From Moniliella sp. 'wahieum' (taxonomy: Eukaryota): DNA of 64,000 bases. Numbering within the stretch: the stretch's first letter is position 1; every line of letters starts with the position of its first letter. Of the stretch, positions 27,221 through 39,354 are shown in pieces. Location: NCBI GenBank assembly GCA_003971905.1, contig RSEE01000160.1:1-64000 (forward strand). The letters are read 5' to 3'. The position numbers and the translations under genes are program-made. The notes under the pieces are model-generated. The model had not been told where the DNA came from, did not search any database, and saw only the letters and a program-made list of their open reading frames with translations.

Positions 27221-27779
27221 ACGGATCCGCTCACCATCCCCAACGCGAACGTGAACGCACTGCTTACTAGTCGATGAACCACTGTGCCCGCCCACGTTTT
27301 TTTTTTTCTTCGTGGGTCCACCGTGCTTGTCTTCCACGCCCCCCATCGTTACGTCTTTGATGCTATGACAAATGAAAACTGTGCTCTTGCCATTCCTGCC
27401 GTTGCCTGCTGTTGTGGTAGTTGTAGTCTAGTCTTGTGTGCGCGGTACGATCCCGGTGTCGTCGTTAACATTGGGATCGCCTCGTATGCATATAGTGGAT
27501 GATATATCTCCGCACATGGGGCCCAGATGGGAGAGAAGCCTAACCGCGTTTGATTGCACGAGTCGTGGGGGGGAGGTGCTGGATGCTGGGAAAGAAGGCG
27601 TACCGGCAATCTGGAGCTGGAGCCAAATCCATCTGCCGACGGCTCGACGAGTGTGGCCCGTGACCAACTGGGAGAGGAAAGAGGGATGGAGGGATGGAGG
27701 GATGGGGAGCCTCATGATGGATGGGCATGAGGACGATGGATGAGTACGAAGGGCAAGGTGTGCAGTGAGCAACATCGGG

Positions 27780-28460
27780 CACACCGCACACAGCACATAG
27801 CACACAGCACCGAGCACCGAGCACCGAGCACCGAGCAAAGAGCATATTTGCAACCAAAAGGGTACCCGGTACGAGAGAGAGGCAAGCTAAGTAAAGTAAG
27901 ATCGGTGGATGATCGAGATGATCGAGATGATCGAGGATGATGCAAAAGTGGGCAACAAAAAGCAAAGTGCATATGTGGGGTACCTCATTATGTCGTGCGA
28001 AAAAGGAGTATTGGGCGGAGAGCAGAGCGGAGGAGAGGGGGAGGGGAGGAGAAGGGACGGGGGAGGGGGAGGGGAGGAGCAAGGGACGGGGGAGAGGGGG
28101 AGGGGAGGAGCAAGGGACGGGGGGAAGGAATGGGACGAAAGTAGAGGAGATAAAGGAAAGGAGGGATGAGAAGATAGATGAGAAAAGGAACCAACCCTTG
28201 TTCCTACAAAGCAAAACGCAAAATGCAAAATGCGAAAGGCAAAAAGCAAATGGCAAAACGCAAAGGGCAAGAGCCACAAAGCAGAAGGCAAGAGCAAAAA
28301 GCAAAAAGCAAAGAGCAAAAAGGCAAAAAGGCAAACAGCACCAGGCAAAAAGTTCATGCATGCCCAGCAGCAACCTCACCCGCTCACCCGCCTCACCCAC
28401 CTCGCCATCCAACGCAACCTGGGACGGAGGGAAGGGAGGGGGGGGGGGGGGACGCCCTCC
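27780..28460. repeat. Low-complexity/microsatellite block (AGCACCG, GA-rich, GCAAAA repeats) between PK and the C2H2 gene
   Basis: Visible tandem heptamers and hexamers. Confidence 0.8.
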
Positions 28461-28565
28461 CTTCTCCTCCTTCCTACCTCCTCATTCCTCCTTCCACCGC
28501 CCTGCACCCTGCACGTGCACCCCTCCCTCCTCCCCCATCCCCCCACTGCTCCCGCTTCCCGCAGC

Positions 28566-31143
28566 TCACGCATAACCATACGGCTCGTACTTATCCGAGC
28601 GCCACGCAGGCGGAGCGGGACTAACGTTAGCGTTAGCGTTCGAGTTCGGGTTGGGGTTCGGGGGCAAGCTGTAGGACACAGGGTAGTACGCAGCTTGGGA
28701 CAAGGGAGCACCCGAACTGGCGGGTGCGGGTGCGGTGCGGGTGGGGATGAGCATGAGCATGCGGGTGAGGGTGAGCATGCGGATGAGCGTGGGGGTGGGG
28801 GTAAGTGTGTGGGTGGGAAGCGGTGTCGAGGTGTGCGGTGGAGGAAGGCGGGGCTGTGCCTGGCGGGTGCAGCGGGGCGAGCGAGCCTGGGGCGCCAGTG
28901 CCAGTACCAGTGCCCGAGACGGAAGCAGAAGAAGCAGAGGTAAGCGGGGGTGGGGGGAGGGAAGAGCGCCAAGCCGGTTCGGGAGGTAATATGCGCGTGC
29001 GGGGGCAGAGGTCCAGGGTGCGACGGGAGGGTAGGTAGAAGTGGACGTGGACGTGGAACCGGGATTGGGATTGGAAACGGGATTTGGATTGGAAGTGGGA
29101 TTGGGAGTGGCGGGGTCGGGGTGGGGATGGAACGTAGCTGGGCCAGGGGCACGAAGGGGCGTAGTGGGCCCGAGGTAGAGGTGGAGAGGGGGGAAGAGGG
29201 GACGGCAGGTGGGCCCACGGGATCGGATAGCGGCACCGAGTACCGCGCAGGGTCCGAGGGGTAGTACAGCGTCTGGCCCTGGTTCGGGTTCGAGGTCTGG
29301 GTCTGGCTGTGGGTCTGGGGCTGGGTCTGGGTCTGGGTCGTGGGGCAAGGCGGTGCCAGCTGCGGCGCTGGGACCGGGGGCGAGGAAGACAGTGCCAGGC
29401 GGGATGAAACGGGATGTGGAAGAAGAAGAAGACGGGGTAGGGTGGAGCTGGGGTTGTCGAGGGTCGGATGAAGACGAGGAAGCAGCCAGTGGCGGGGCTA
29501 CGACAGCCAAGACGTGAGCGGGGAAATTTTTGTCCGTCTTGGTTTTGGGCAAGCGGGTGGCCAAGTCGGCGCCGACAGAACGAACGACCTGTTCTCCCAT
29601 TTTCTCCCATCTTCGCCCACCACATCCTCCACCACCGCAATTGCTGTCCCGTCCAGAAGAGATTGTTTGGCATGCGCCACATTCTCATCTTCCTGCATCA
29701 ACTCGGCGCGCACTCTTCAACAGATAGCCCAGCTCATTGTCCTTGGTGCGCGAAGAAATCACATGGGTCTTGTAATGTTGAAGACTGTTGTCCTGCCGCG
29801 AAAAGCGCGAGTTGCAGCCAGGAAAGGTACATACGTACGGCCGAGCCCCAGTCCCGTCTGAAGGCAAAGACAGACAAGCCGCAAAAGAGTCAGCAAAGCC
29901 CATCAACAAAGACAAGAAATATGGTCAGCAAGTCAACCAGTCAACCAGTCAACAGGCCAACAGGTTAACCAGTCAACAGATCAACAGATCAACCAGTCAA
30001 CAGGCCAACCACCAAGAGGACACGAGGGGGGGGGGACGATAGGGACTTACCCTTGTGCACACGGCTGTGCCGGGCGGCGTGGCCGGAAGTGGAAAAGGTG
30101 TGGGAACAAATTCCACAGGGGAACCGTTTTTGACCATCGATCATGACGGGGCCCGGACGGGCCGAGGGGCGGAACGTGCCGCGATGTCGTTTAGAGGGGT
30201 GCGCAGCGTCGTCGGTACTGCCCCCCGCGGGAGCCGGGGCGGGTACAGTACCTTCGGAAGCAGTCGCAGTCGCAGTAGCAGCTCCAGCCGCAGCAGCAGG
30301 CGTAGCAGTAGCAGTAGCCGAAGCGGCCGTGGACTGGTGCGCAGCCAGAGGTCTAGGTGCAGATTCGGTTCTGGTGGGGTCGGTCTCGTCGGCTCGACCC
30401 GTGTCGGGCGGAGCGGTAGCGGTAGCGGTAGCGGTAGTGGATGCGTCAGGCTCGGTGGGGCTGTCGGGAAGTTCGGTGCGGGAGGAAGCGCGTCGTCTTG
30501 CGGATCCCTCGAGGTCGCGACGGCGTTTGGCGCGGGGCTTGAGGAAGGGCGCAAGGAGGCGCTCAGCCTGGGGCGTGAGCATGCCGCCACCGGGACTAGA
30601 GGAAGGGTGGGAGAACGAGTGGCGTTGCGGGGCGAGGGAGCAAGGGGGGAGGGAAGGCAGGGGTAGCAGCAGTAGTAGCAGCGGTCGGGAGGCCCGAGCA
30701 ACAGTGGGGGAGGAGTGGGAGGCAGGGCCAAAGGAGGCTGTGGGCTCGCGACGGAGCAGATCGGAGGAGGGGCGAGGATGGGAAGTGAGTCGGGGTGGCT
30801 GACACTGGGCCCGAGCAGGGGGCAAAGCTGCTGGGAGCGGGGCGCTCGGCGACGGAGCGGGGTTGGGGCAGGTGGGAGCGGGTGAGGGAGCTGGTGAGGG
30901 CGGCGCGTGCTGGTGCTGCTGGTGCTGCTGGTGCTGGTACTGGAGGTGGTGGAGGTGCTGGTCGTGCGGGGGCGGCTGGGGCGGCTGGAACTGGGGGCGG
31001 CGGGGGGGCAGCGGGGCGGCGCGCTGGAGGGCACTGGCGCCGGCGCCAACACCCGGGGCAGGGAAGGCGAGGTGCTTGAGCGGGGGCGGGGGGCGGGTGT
31101 CGCGCAGCGGGGAGGGCGCCGGGAGCGGCTCGAGACGCGCCAT
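28566..31143 (-). CDS. Two-finger C2H2 transcription factor, Nrg1-like
   Basis: Finger 1 is FPCGICSHTFSTSGHAARHSRVH, then an intron (~30050-29858). Finger 2 is YVCTFPGCNSRFSRQDNSLQHYKTH. This matches the Nrg1-type TTSGHLARH / FSRxDNxxQH signature. The low-complexity C-terminal extent is uncertain. Confidence 0.8.
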
Positions 31144-32681
31144 GGCAAGTGTGGTGGTGGTGGGGGGGGGGTAGTGGATGGGAGGGTGGTAGGAGTGGGA
31201 GCGCGGGGTGGGGCCAGGGCTTTGGATGCGGGCGGGGGGCAGCAGGCGCCGCCCGCAGCAGGCCAGTGTGGGCGCGGCTGCTCGGCCGGGTGGCACGCGG
31301 CGAGTGTGGGCGGCGCGCGGCACAGACAGCGCGTGTGCGAGCGTGTGCCGAGCGTGCGCCGAAAGGGAGAGCGAGTGCTGGTCACCCGTCGCTAGTCACT
31401 ACAGTCACTGGCAGCCACGGGACGCACTCGGCTGCCGGCGGCCCTGCGTGCTGGGCACGCCACCATCTCAGGCGGATTGGGCCGGTGCAGCACGGCGCCT
31501 GTGTCGGACTGTGCTGCGCCTATGCAAGCCACAGGCCCACTGTGTGCCTGCTGCGCCCAGCTGCGCGCATCACCGGTATGTCACGCCCCTGTCACCAGCA
31601 TGTCACACTGCGTGTCATGCAAGTCACGTGCACATCAGCGTCCGACCGCTTTTACGCTGGCTCGCCTTGAAGCTTGAAGCTTGACCACCGAAAGCGGCGG
31701 CCCCTCGGCGTATCTCCATCCGCCCCGCACACCCGGCACTAGTGTGACCAAATCGCGTTTTTGGGTGACGGCAACGGACCACAGGTGACACAACCGTAGC
31801 ACCCAGCCAAGAGCTCGTCCAATATCCCGCCTTCACACACACGCTCGCCTTGCCCCACCACACGGCACGCGATAATCGATACATGGCCTCTTCGGCTGGT
31901 CCCTTGCGTTCGTTCTCCCCCCTCCTCCCCTCAAACCCCTCGCAATAAGGTGCCACTCCTCTCCGCTACCCTCGCCCCGAACGGTGCATGGCGGCTCCGA
32001 CCATAGTGAGACCCCGCGTCGGGGTTGACATGGTTGTGACAGGTGGGATGTGGGACTCACATCTGAGATGCTGACAAAGATACGAACGGTCAACTCACCG
32101 GTGAACGTTGAACCCCTCTCTCTTGAAGCTTCGGCTTCAGCGTTTCAGCGCTTCAGCTACACATGCATCATCGCATGTCACATGTCACAGCAAAAAAAAC
32201 CAGCGCTCGGCGCCACCTCGGGCAACAGCACCAAGAGCAACTGTGCGTATGCGGCCGCAACGCACCACCACCTGTTGACCTCTGGTCATTTATGGCCAAG
32301 GTCACTTCCAAGTGACAATCATGTGTGATGCGCGTGTGATGTTTTCTGACGTGGCGTTTCCGACTCCATGATGACTTGGATTCGCCACCGCCTTAGCAAT
32401 TTGATCTCCATCGACCACCATTTCCATTTGCTGCTCTTTGAGCTCTTCCTGGGCGTTAATACCACCAGTTACACATGTCACATGTCACCCCATCACATGT
32501 CACCTGCATCACATGTCACATGTCACAAAGGAGGTCAGACTCCAGGCCCCAGGAGAAGGAGGGTGGCACTACTCATCAGTACTCACACCAGAGGATAGGG
32601 AGGGATACACTCCTGTGTGGCATACATAGTGTCTGCACGTGAAGGAATTACTCATCCTGGTTACCCAGCGATGTCCTAAGT

Positions 32682-32815
32682 GAAGAAGAAGAAGAAAAGA
32701 AAGAATAAGAAGAAGAAAAGAAGAGAAAGAAGAAAAGAAGAAGAATAAGAAGAAGAAGAAAGAAGAAAAGAAGAAGAAGAAAGAAGAAGAAGAGAAGAAG
32801 AGAAGAATAAGGAAG
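32682..32815. repeat. Imperfect (GAA)n microsatellite
   Basis: Directly visible GAA/AAG tract. Confidence 0.9.
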
Positions 32816-34212
32816 AGTGGCCCAGGCCAGATCATAGGGATACTAGTGTGGTGCCCGGATATGCGTAAGAGGTTAGGCCGGTCGGGTGACCTCGGAGGGG
32901 GCTGGCCCTTAAGGCCCTCATGGTCAACAAGAATGAAGAAGATTAGACTGTTAATAGAGAATCTCTCGGCTGTCACATCTAACTAGTAGTTTAGCTGGTC
33001 TCACTCCTAGTTCCAATTCCTTCGTTTCGAGCGTCTCGCTCCTTTCCTGTTTCTTCCACTTGGCAACCATGTCTCTGCTCATGCTCATTCATCATGCTTC
33101 TTCCCAATACAAACTACGAACGATTGCTACACCCCTTTTTGGCCTAGTTCCGATTCTGGTCTTCTCGCCTTAACCCCGACGGTGACATCGGCGGTGGAGG
33201 TTGCTTGGCCCTCAGACCCATGGTGGTGGCCAACGTGCAACAGCCCATAACCCCCACCCACAGCCCACAGTCCAGCCATGCATCATGGGAAAAGGAGGGG
33301 AGGCTATTATGGGGGCGAAGAGTCTGTGTGAGAGTCTCGGGTGGGACCTGGTGATATTGATGGGGGGACTCGCCGCTGTATACGTATCCTTTTGAATCCA
33401 GTCTACTATACAGTTTTGTAATTCTACTAAGAGGCACAGAACCACCTTTTGGACGGACCGTCACAGCGACGCGGGAACGGTCCACCAAGGACTGCTTGCG
33501 ATCGTGGTAGACCTCAGCGGGAGTAGGAAGAGACAGACACCCGCAGTCCGGTTGGGGGAGCGTCAGATGACGGTCTGCGCGCAGATATAGATCAGGGAAG
33601 GCGAGTGTCTCGATTACAGAGGAAGTGGTACTCCGAGGGGAACACTGTTTCTGTCCGATCTGATTGGTATTGTGGCCGCCCATCTCTCCACGATGCCACC
33701 GTCGCAGGCAGACTCGGAACGAGTCCTTTAATAGTGGACCGGGAAGAGCAATCGCTGTCTGAAGTAACCGCGGAGTGGCAGGGTGGAACCGAGACGTGAT
33801 CAGTCAATTCGTAAGCATAAGCGTGGAATAGTCGGTAGAGGGAGAAGGGAGAAGGGAGAAGGTGGAATCAGGTGGATGATAGACTGGGGCAAAGTGCAAA
33901 CACATCCGGGGTATAGAGTGAGGGTTGGTATAGAGTAATACGCAACAGCAGGATACCTATCTATTCCATACGAGCAGCACAGCTATTAATATAATCAGAG
34001 GCCTTAGGCAGGCATGCTGGTACTAGAGTCTCTATACTGCACTACGCACTACGCATTGCATATCATTGACGGAGCGTAAGGCCGGGACAAAGAAACGCTG
34101 CGTCTATGTATACAGCGACCCGTTGAGATCCGGCGTGTGTTGCTTGCTAATAGCGTCAACCCCCCGTTTTAATAAACCAAGGGGATCGTCAGGAGATCAG
34201 GACGCTCTGGTA

Positions 34213-34989
34213 TTACCCGCCATCCGGTCCCATCCCCGAGGTGCGTGTGTGGATCCGTATGAACATGGTAGACATCTGAGCGGTTACGTGAACCATCTCC
34301 ATTAAGACTCTCTTAGCAATTCCTTCCGCCGGTCCCCACAAGTATCTCACCCGCGGTCTCGGTGGCATCGTATCCTTCTTGTCAAAACCAAGGGGAAAAA
34401 GCGGGTCTCGGGTACGTCCCTGGTACTTGATGACGTTCTTGTCGCATCCTGCTCGTTCCAGCACAGCCAAAAAGCTATTGCTGCTTCTCCCCTAAAGTGT
34501 CGCGGTAGTACTCTCTGATGTACCACCTTTTGGGGTACGCGTCCTGCGCGTCCTGCGTTCCCGCGTGGCGTATCTGAGCGTGAGGTCCACCTCCATTCCT
34601 GATTCTCCTATTGCCTCAGGCTCTATCACGCGGTAAACCCTGCGCAGTGCCTTCCTCCCACGCCTTGCCCTTTCATCTTTCTCCACGGGCGGCTCGTCGC
34701 ATAATGATGTGGGCAGGTGCAATATACAAGAGGTCACGTTGTTGGTTACATAAGGTTCCATCATGATGCCACCGGGCCCGTCCCGTGCTCATCGATCTCA
34801 TCTCCCAGGTGGTTGTGCTGGGCCGCCCGTCAGTACGCAGTCGCCGCCGTTGGACGGTTGCAATCTTGCCGTGTTCCACGCTGGCGAGGCGAAGTGCGAT
34901 GGCCAAAGATAATCGACAATCGTCCGCAGACGGGTGGCAACGGGGGTGAGCAACTGCGTAGTCAGTACGCGCGTCGCTCCGAGCATCAC
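34213..34989 (-). CDS. Possible frameshifted RRM-like protein (NCBP3/DUF2414-like)
   Basis: Fragments LRTIVDYL, VTNNVTSCILHL, LTLRYAT and REYYR loosely follow the order of DUF2414 motifs. The gene is divergent from the GT90 gene. Weak, by-eye similarity. Confidence 0.25.
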
Positions 34990-35168
34990 GCGTCGGGGGC
35001 GAGTCAGCGCTCAGCGCTAGCTAGTATTAGTATTAGTCCCCACCAGCGCGCCCCGCCACCGCTTACCTAACCGCGGGTGCGTATCCGGCCTGGGTTAGGC
35101 TGGTGGTGGTGGCTGCTCGCTGCTGGCGTGCGTGCTCTTCCCCACCGTGGCCGGGTCGTCGTCGCACC

Positions 35169-37005
35169 ATGTCCAACAAGTATGTCGAGGTGGCCACCGA
35201 GGAGCACGAGCTGCCCGAGATGCAGGAGCTGGCGCGCTCCCACTCCATCCAGTCCTTCGACGCCGAGTCCGGTCCGGGCCCAGGCAAGCGCCAGCGCCAC
35301 GTCTCTGACGGTCAGGGCGAGGGCCAAGGCCAAGGTCAAGGCCAAGGCGAGGAGGACACGTTGCCGCTGCCCATTGGTTTGGCCAGGGCACCTGATCGTC
35401 CCGACTACGGCGCAGAGCGTACGGCGGCCAAGTTCTTTCATACCCGGCGCATTCGCTGGGTTTTGCTCGGGCTGGCACTTATCCTGCTTTTGCTCCTCGT
35501 TTCCGCCGGCCGCACGTCGTCGGCCCAGCTGTTGCGCGCAAAGCTCAAGGGCGCAGCACAAGGGTGGGGGTACACCATCCCCCCTGACGCTCGCATTTAT
35601 GCACATACCAAGCCCCAGTACGACGACCCGTTCAACCCCGACGACCTTACCTTCACTGAAGAGGAGTGCGATGCCTACTTTCCCGGGCTGTGGAAGGACG
35701 TGGACCGGAGCGTGGCTTACTATACTGAGCACCCGTACGTTTGTTTACCTTCCTCCTCTTACCCCTTACCCCTTGCCCCTCCCCGCTGCGCACAGACGGT
35801 ACTGACACTCCAACAGGATGACCAAAGAGTACCTCGAGTCGTCGTGTGACGATCCAGACATGACGCATATGCGCGTGAAAGTGTACAACAACCGACTGTA
35901 CATTCTGTCCTACAAGCAATCGGACTTTACGCGTACGCAAGCGACCTTGGCTTTGCTGCAACAATCGATCATTACGGCGCGGGAGCCTTTGCCCAACGTG
36001 GAGTTCTGCATTGGGGTACAAGACTGGCCTGGGTCAGGCAAGTTTGGGTTGGACCGCGCTCCCGAGGTGGAAGATGTATGGCTTATGCCTGATTACGCGT
36101 TCCTGACCTGGCCCGAGCACGTGGGCACGTACCACGATGTGCGGCGTCGGATCGAGCAAGTGGAGCAGGCTACGCCCTGGGAGAAGAAGATCCCACGACT
36201 ACTGTGGCGCGGCGCAATGGGCGTCGGCACGGCCGATCGAGAGGCGATGGTCAAGGCCGCACAGGGGTACCCTTGGAACGACATTAAGGCCGTCAACTGG
36301 GCCACGGGCGAAAACAGTATCAAGATGGAAGACCATTGCAAGTGGAAGTACCAAGGTTTTGCCGATGGAAACTCCTACAGGTACGTCGTCCTTTTACTCG
36401 CTTGCCCTTTTCCCCGTAGTTTTTTTTTTCTTTGTTCGCTCCCGCGCCGTTGGGGTCACACCCGCACGGCGGGGCCTACGTCGCTTGGTCTGGTCCAAAC
36501 TAGTGGTACTGACACACGTTTGATGGCACGCACGCAGTGGTCGACTGCGGTACCTGCAAAACTGCAAGACGGTGATTGTCACCCACCGTCCTCGCTGGCT
36601 GCAGCACTGGACGCACCTGTACAACAGCGACTGGACACACCGGAGCAGAACATCGTGATGATTCCGGAGCCGGAGGATGCGCCCCCTCTGACGGAGGACG
36701 GCAAGTTGGCCGACGACCACGACCGGTTGTGGGAGCGGTTACCCGAGACGATGGGGGCGCTGCTGCAGGACGATGAACGTGCGAAGCGGATCGCAGAGAA
36801 CCAGTGGAACTTTTTCCGTAACCGCTATGTCTCCCCGGCGTCGGCGGCGTGTTACTGGCGCAAGGCACTCAAGGGCTATGGCTCGGTACAGAACTTTACC
36901 GTCTCGATGGCCGGGACGGAAACGTCGTACGAGTCGTGGGTCACGCGCGGCGGGCTGCGCGACGCGACTTGGCGCGAAGGCATCCAGCGCCGCGCGGACC
37001 TGTGA
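35169..37005 (+). CDS. Glycosyltransferase family 90 (CAP10/KDELC-like), type II membrane protein
   Basis: N-terminal TM segment (IRWVLLGLALILLLLLVS), ECDAYFPGLW, WLMPDYAF, LLWRGA, MEDHCKWKY...DGNSYS/GRLRYLQNC and AKRIAEN. Introns ~35734-35816 and ~36381-36537. Confidence 0.88.
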
Positions 37006-37659
37006 ACCTGCAGAACAGGCATCTGGCAACTGGGAGCTGGGAACGTGTGAACATGTGAACACTGTGTTTTTTGTTTTGTGTGCGTCTCCCCATGCTGGTG
37101 GAGACGTGAGGTTGGGGCGGCGGTGGGCATGGCGTGCTCTCCAGCGCAGTGATAGGGGAAGTGGTACCACTAGTGAGCAATCCTTAATCCAGCCAGCTGA
37201 GAGATTAAATTCAAGCGAACTCCAAGAATACATCTCACGCGGGTGGTATGTTGGATGGAATGGAAACGCACCCACTAAGGATTGCGTGCTGAAAAGGTAT
37301 CACGACAGATTGTGGCTTCACGATCGCACAGCTTCACTGGCTCTGTTATTCTCAGTTCGATTCTGGGCGCAGTCACTTTTTTTGTGGGATCCAGCAATGC
37401 AGGACTGCTAGTTTGAAATTGCAGGCGCCCCGCAACCCGTCCCGCTTGCCCTTCGGTTCGTCCCGTCTGGGGCACCCAAGCCACATCGTCATCAAGACAG
37501 CAGCACACAGGCATCCTCCTTTTTCTTCTCCTTTCCTTCTTCTTCTCCTTTCCTTCTTCTTCTCCTTTCCTTCTTCTTCTCCTTTCCTTCTTCTTCTCCT
37601 CCCCCTCCTCCTTCTCCTTCTCCTCCTCCCCCCTCTCCTCCTTCTCCCCCCTCTGCGCC

Positions 37660-39151
37660 ATGCCCACCGTGCGCGTGCTCGCCGGCGGCTCACGCGACAC
37701 GCTCTTTCCCGTGGCGGTGAACGACGACCTGCACCGCTGCCCATCCGCACTAGCCAATTCGATGGTCTGGTCACTGTGCGCATCAAAAACTACTCTGTCC
37801 CATCCACCACTGACGCGTCCAAGCCCGACGCGCTCTACTTCCACTCCACCTCGGCTACGGCACCCACGTCACCTGCAGTATCCAATTCCAAGGCCGCTTC
37901 CTCACTCCCGTCTCTGCCGACGACCTGCTCTGGGGCATGGAATTTGATGCCCCCATCCGTGTACGCTCTCTCTCCTCTTTCACCTTCTTTTCTTCCTCTT
38001 CACCATCACTTTTCTTCTTCTTTCTCTTCCTCTTCTTCTTCCTCTTCTTCTTCTTCTTCCTCTTCTTCCTCTTCTTCCTCTTCTTCCTCTTCTTCCTCTT
38101 CTCTCCTCCCCCTCCCGCACGCGCGCACTGGAACTAACCTAATCCGGACTACCACAGGACAAGCTACCCTCTGGCACGTCCTTATCCCTAGCGGTCAAGT
38201 CAGTGAGCATGATGGAGCCCAACCTAGCGCAAGGGTTGTACTCCGACACGCCCTGGGCGTTTGCGCCCTTAGTCACGGCCATGTCGCGGTTACGCGTCTC
38301 GGTCCTGCCCGAGGCAGAGGTAGCGTGTTGGCCCCCGTTCCCTAGCCCGCTCAACGGAACGACATCGAGGATAACGTAGATGCCCTCCTGCCCCGCACAG
38401 ACGACACGCAACGTGTACGTTGCCAAATGGCTGAGCCTACCTGCTCACATACCCCTCTGCTCTCTTCTACTCTGCCTCTGCCTCTGCCTGTACTTCTGCG
38501 TCTGCCTGTGGGTCTGGCTCTGCGTCTGCCTGTGGCTCTGGCTCTGGCTCTGCGTCTGCCTGTGGCTCTGGCTCTGGCTCTTCCTCCGTCCAGGCATCAG
38601 CTTCTAGCTGTACTTCTACTAATCTTGCAGCAGCGGCGCCCTGTGGCTGGATGCTCATACTCCTCATACTCGCCTATCGGGATTACAGGGGACCGGATCC
38701 ACCAATGGTGGGAAGGTGCGCCTGCAGCGGCAAAAACGCGTGTGGCCTACTTTCCAGTACGTCGCACCGGCAAGCCTGTACGTTTAGGCCCGAGATGCTG
38801 GTCACAGGCGACTTTGCACATGGGATGGTGGATGTGGCTGGGCTAACGTTGGAGGTACCTACGTTTGGCTTGGCGGCTCCGTGGGCATTGACGTTTGACT
38901 TGGCCCAGCACTGGACCAACGTACCGCTGTACTTTGTTGTGCGGCACAAAGCTCGGCCTGGCGCTCAAGGTATTTTTTTTCTGGTTCAGTACGTCGGGCT
39001 TGCCTTGCCTTGCTCCCCTAACACCTTCACCTTCTCTTTTCTTCCGTCCTCTCTTCCGCCAAACTCCCTCTGACCCTGACCCCGTCCGAACCCTCAATAC
39101 TAACCTACTTTTCGATCTAGGTTCACCCTCGTCGATCCATGTTTGAGCTAA
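37660..39151 (+). CDS. DUF1769 family protein
   Basis: MPTVRVLAG...VAVND, FDGLVTVRIKNY, FDAPIR/DKLP, DFAHGMVD..LTL and FDLAQHW..PLYFVVR. Two introns, one filled with a CTT repeat. Confidence 0.75.
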
Positions 39152-39354
39152 GGCACAATCCAAGGGGCGGTAGCGTGTTGTAGTGGACAGGCCAGGACAG
39201 ACCAGGACAGACCACAACAGCAAAGGCAAAAAAAAAAAAATGAATGCAATGCACACACAACGCAACGCCGCAACCAACCAAAACAAAGCAACCCCGAACA
39301 AACCTGGCACCCAGCAGGGTGAGACTATACCCATTCTGCTCGCGCGGGAAGGTA

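Noticed and set aside
32324..32977. Solo LTR candidates (TGT...ACA at 32324-32473 and 32521-32977)
   Set aside because: Only a 4-bp CATG match within a CATG-rich tract for the first and no TSD for the second, which is insufficient evidence.
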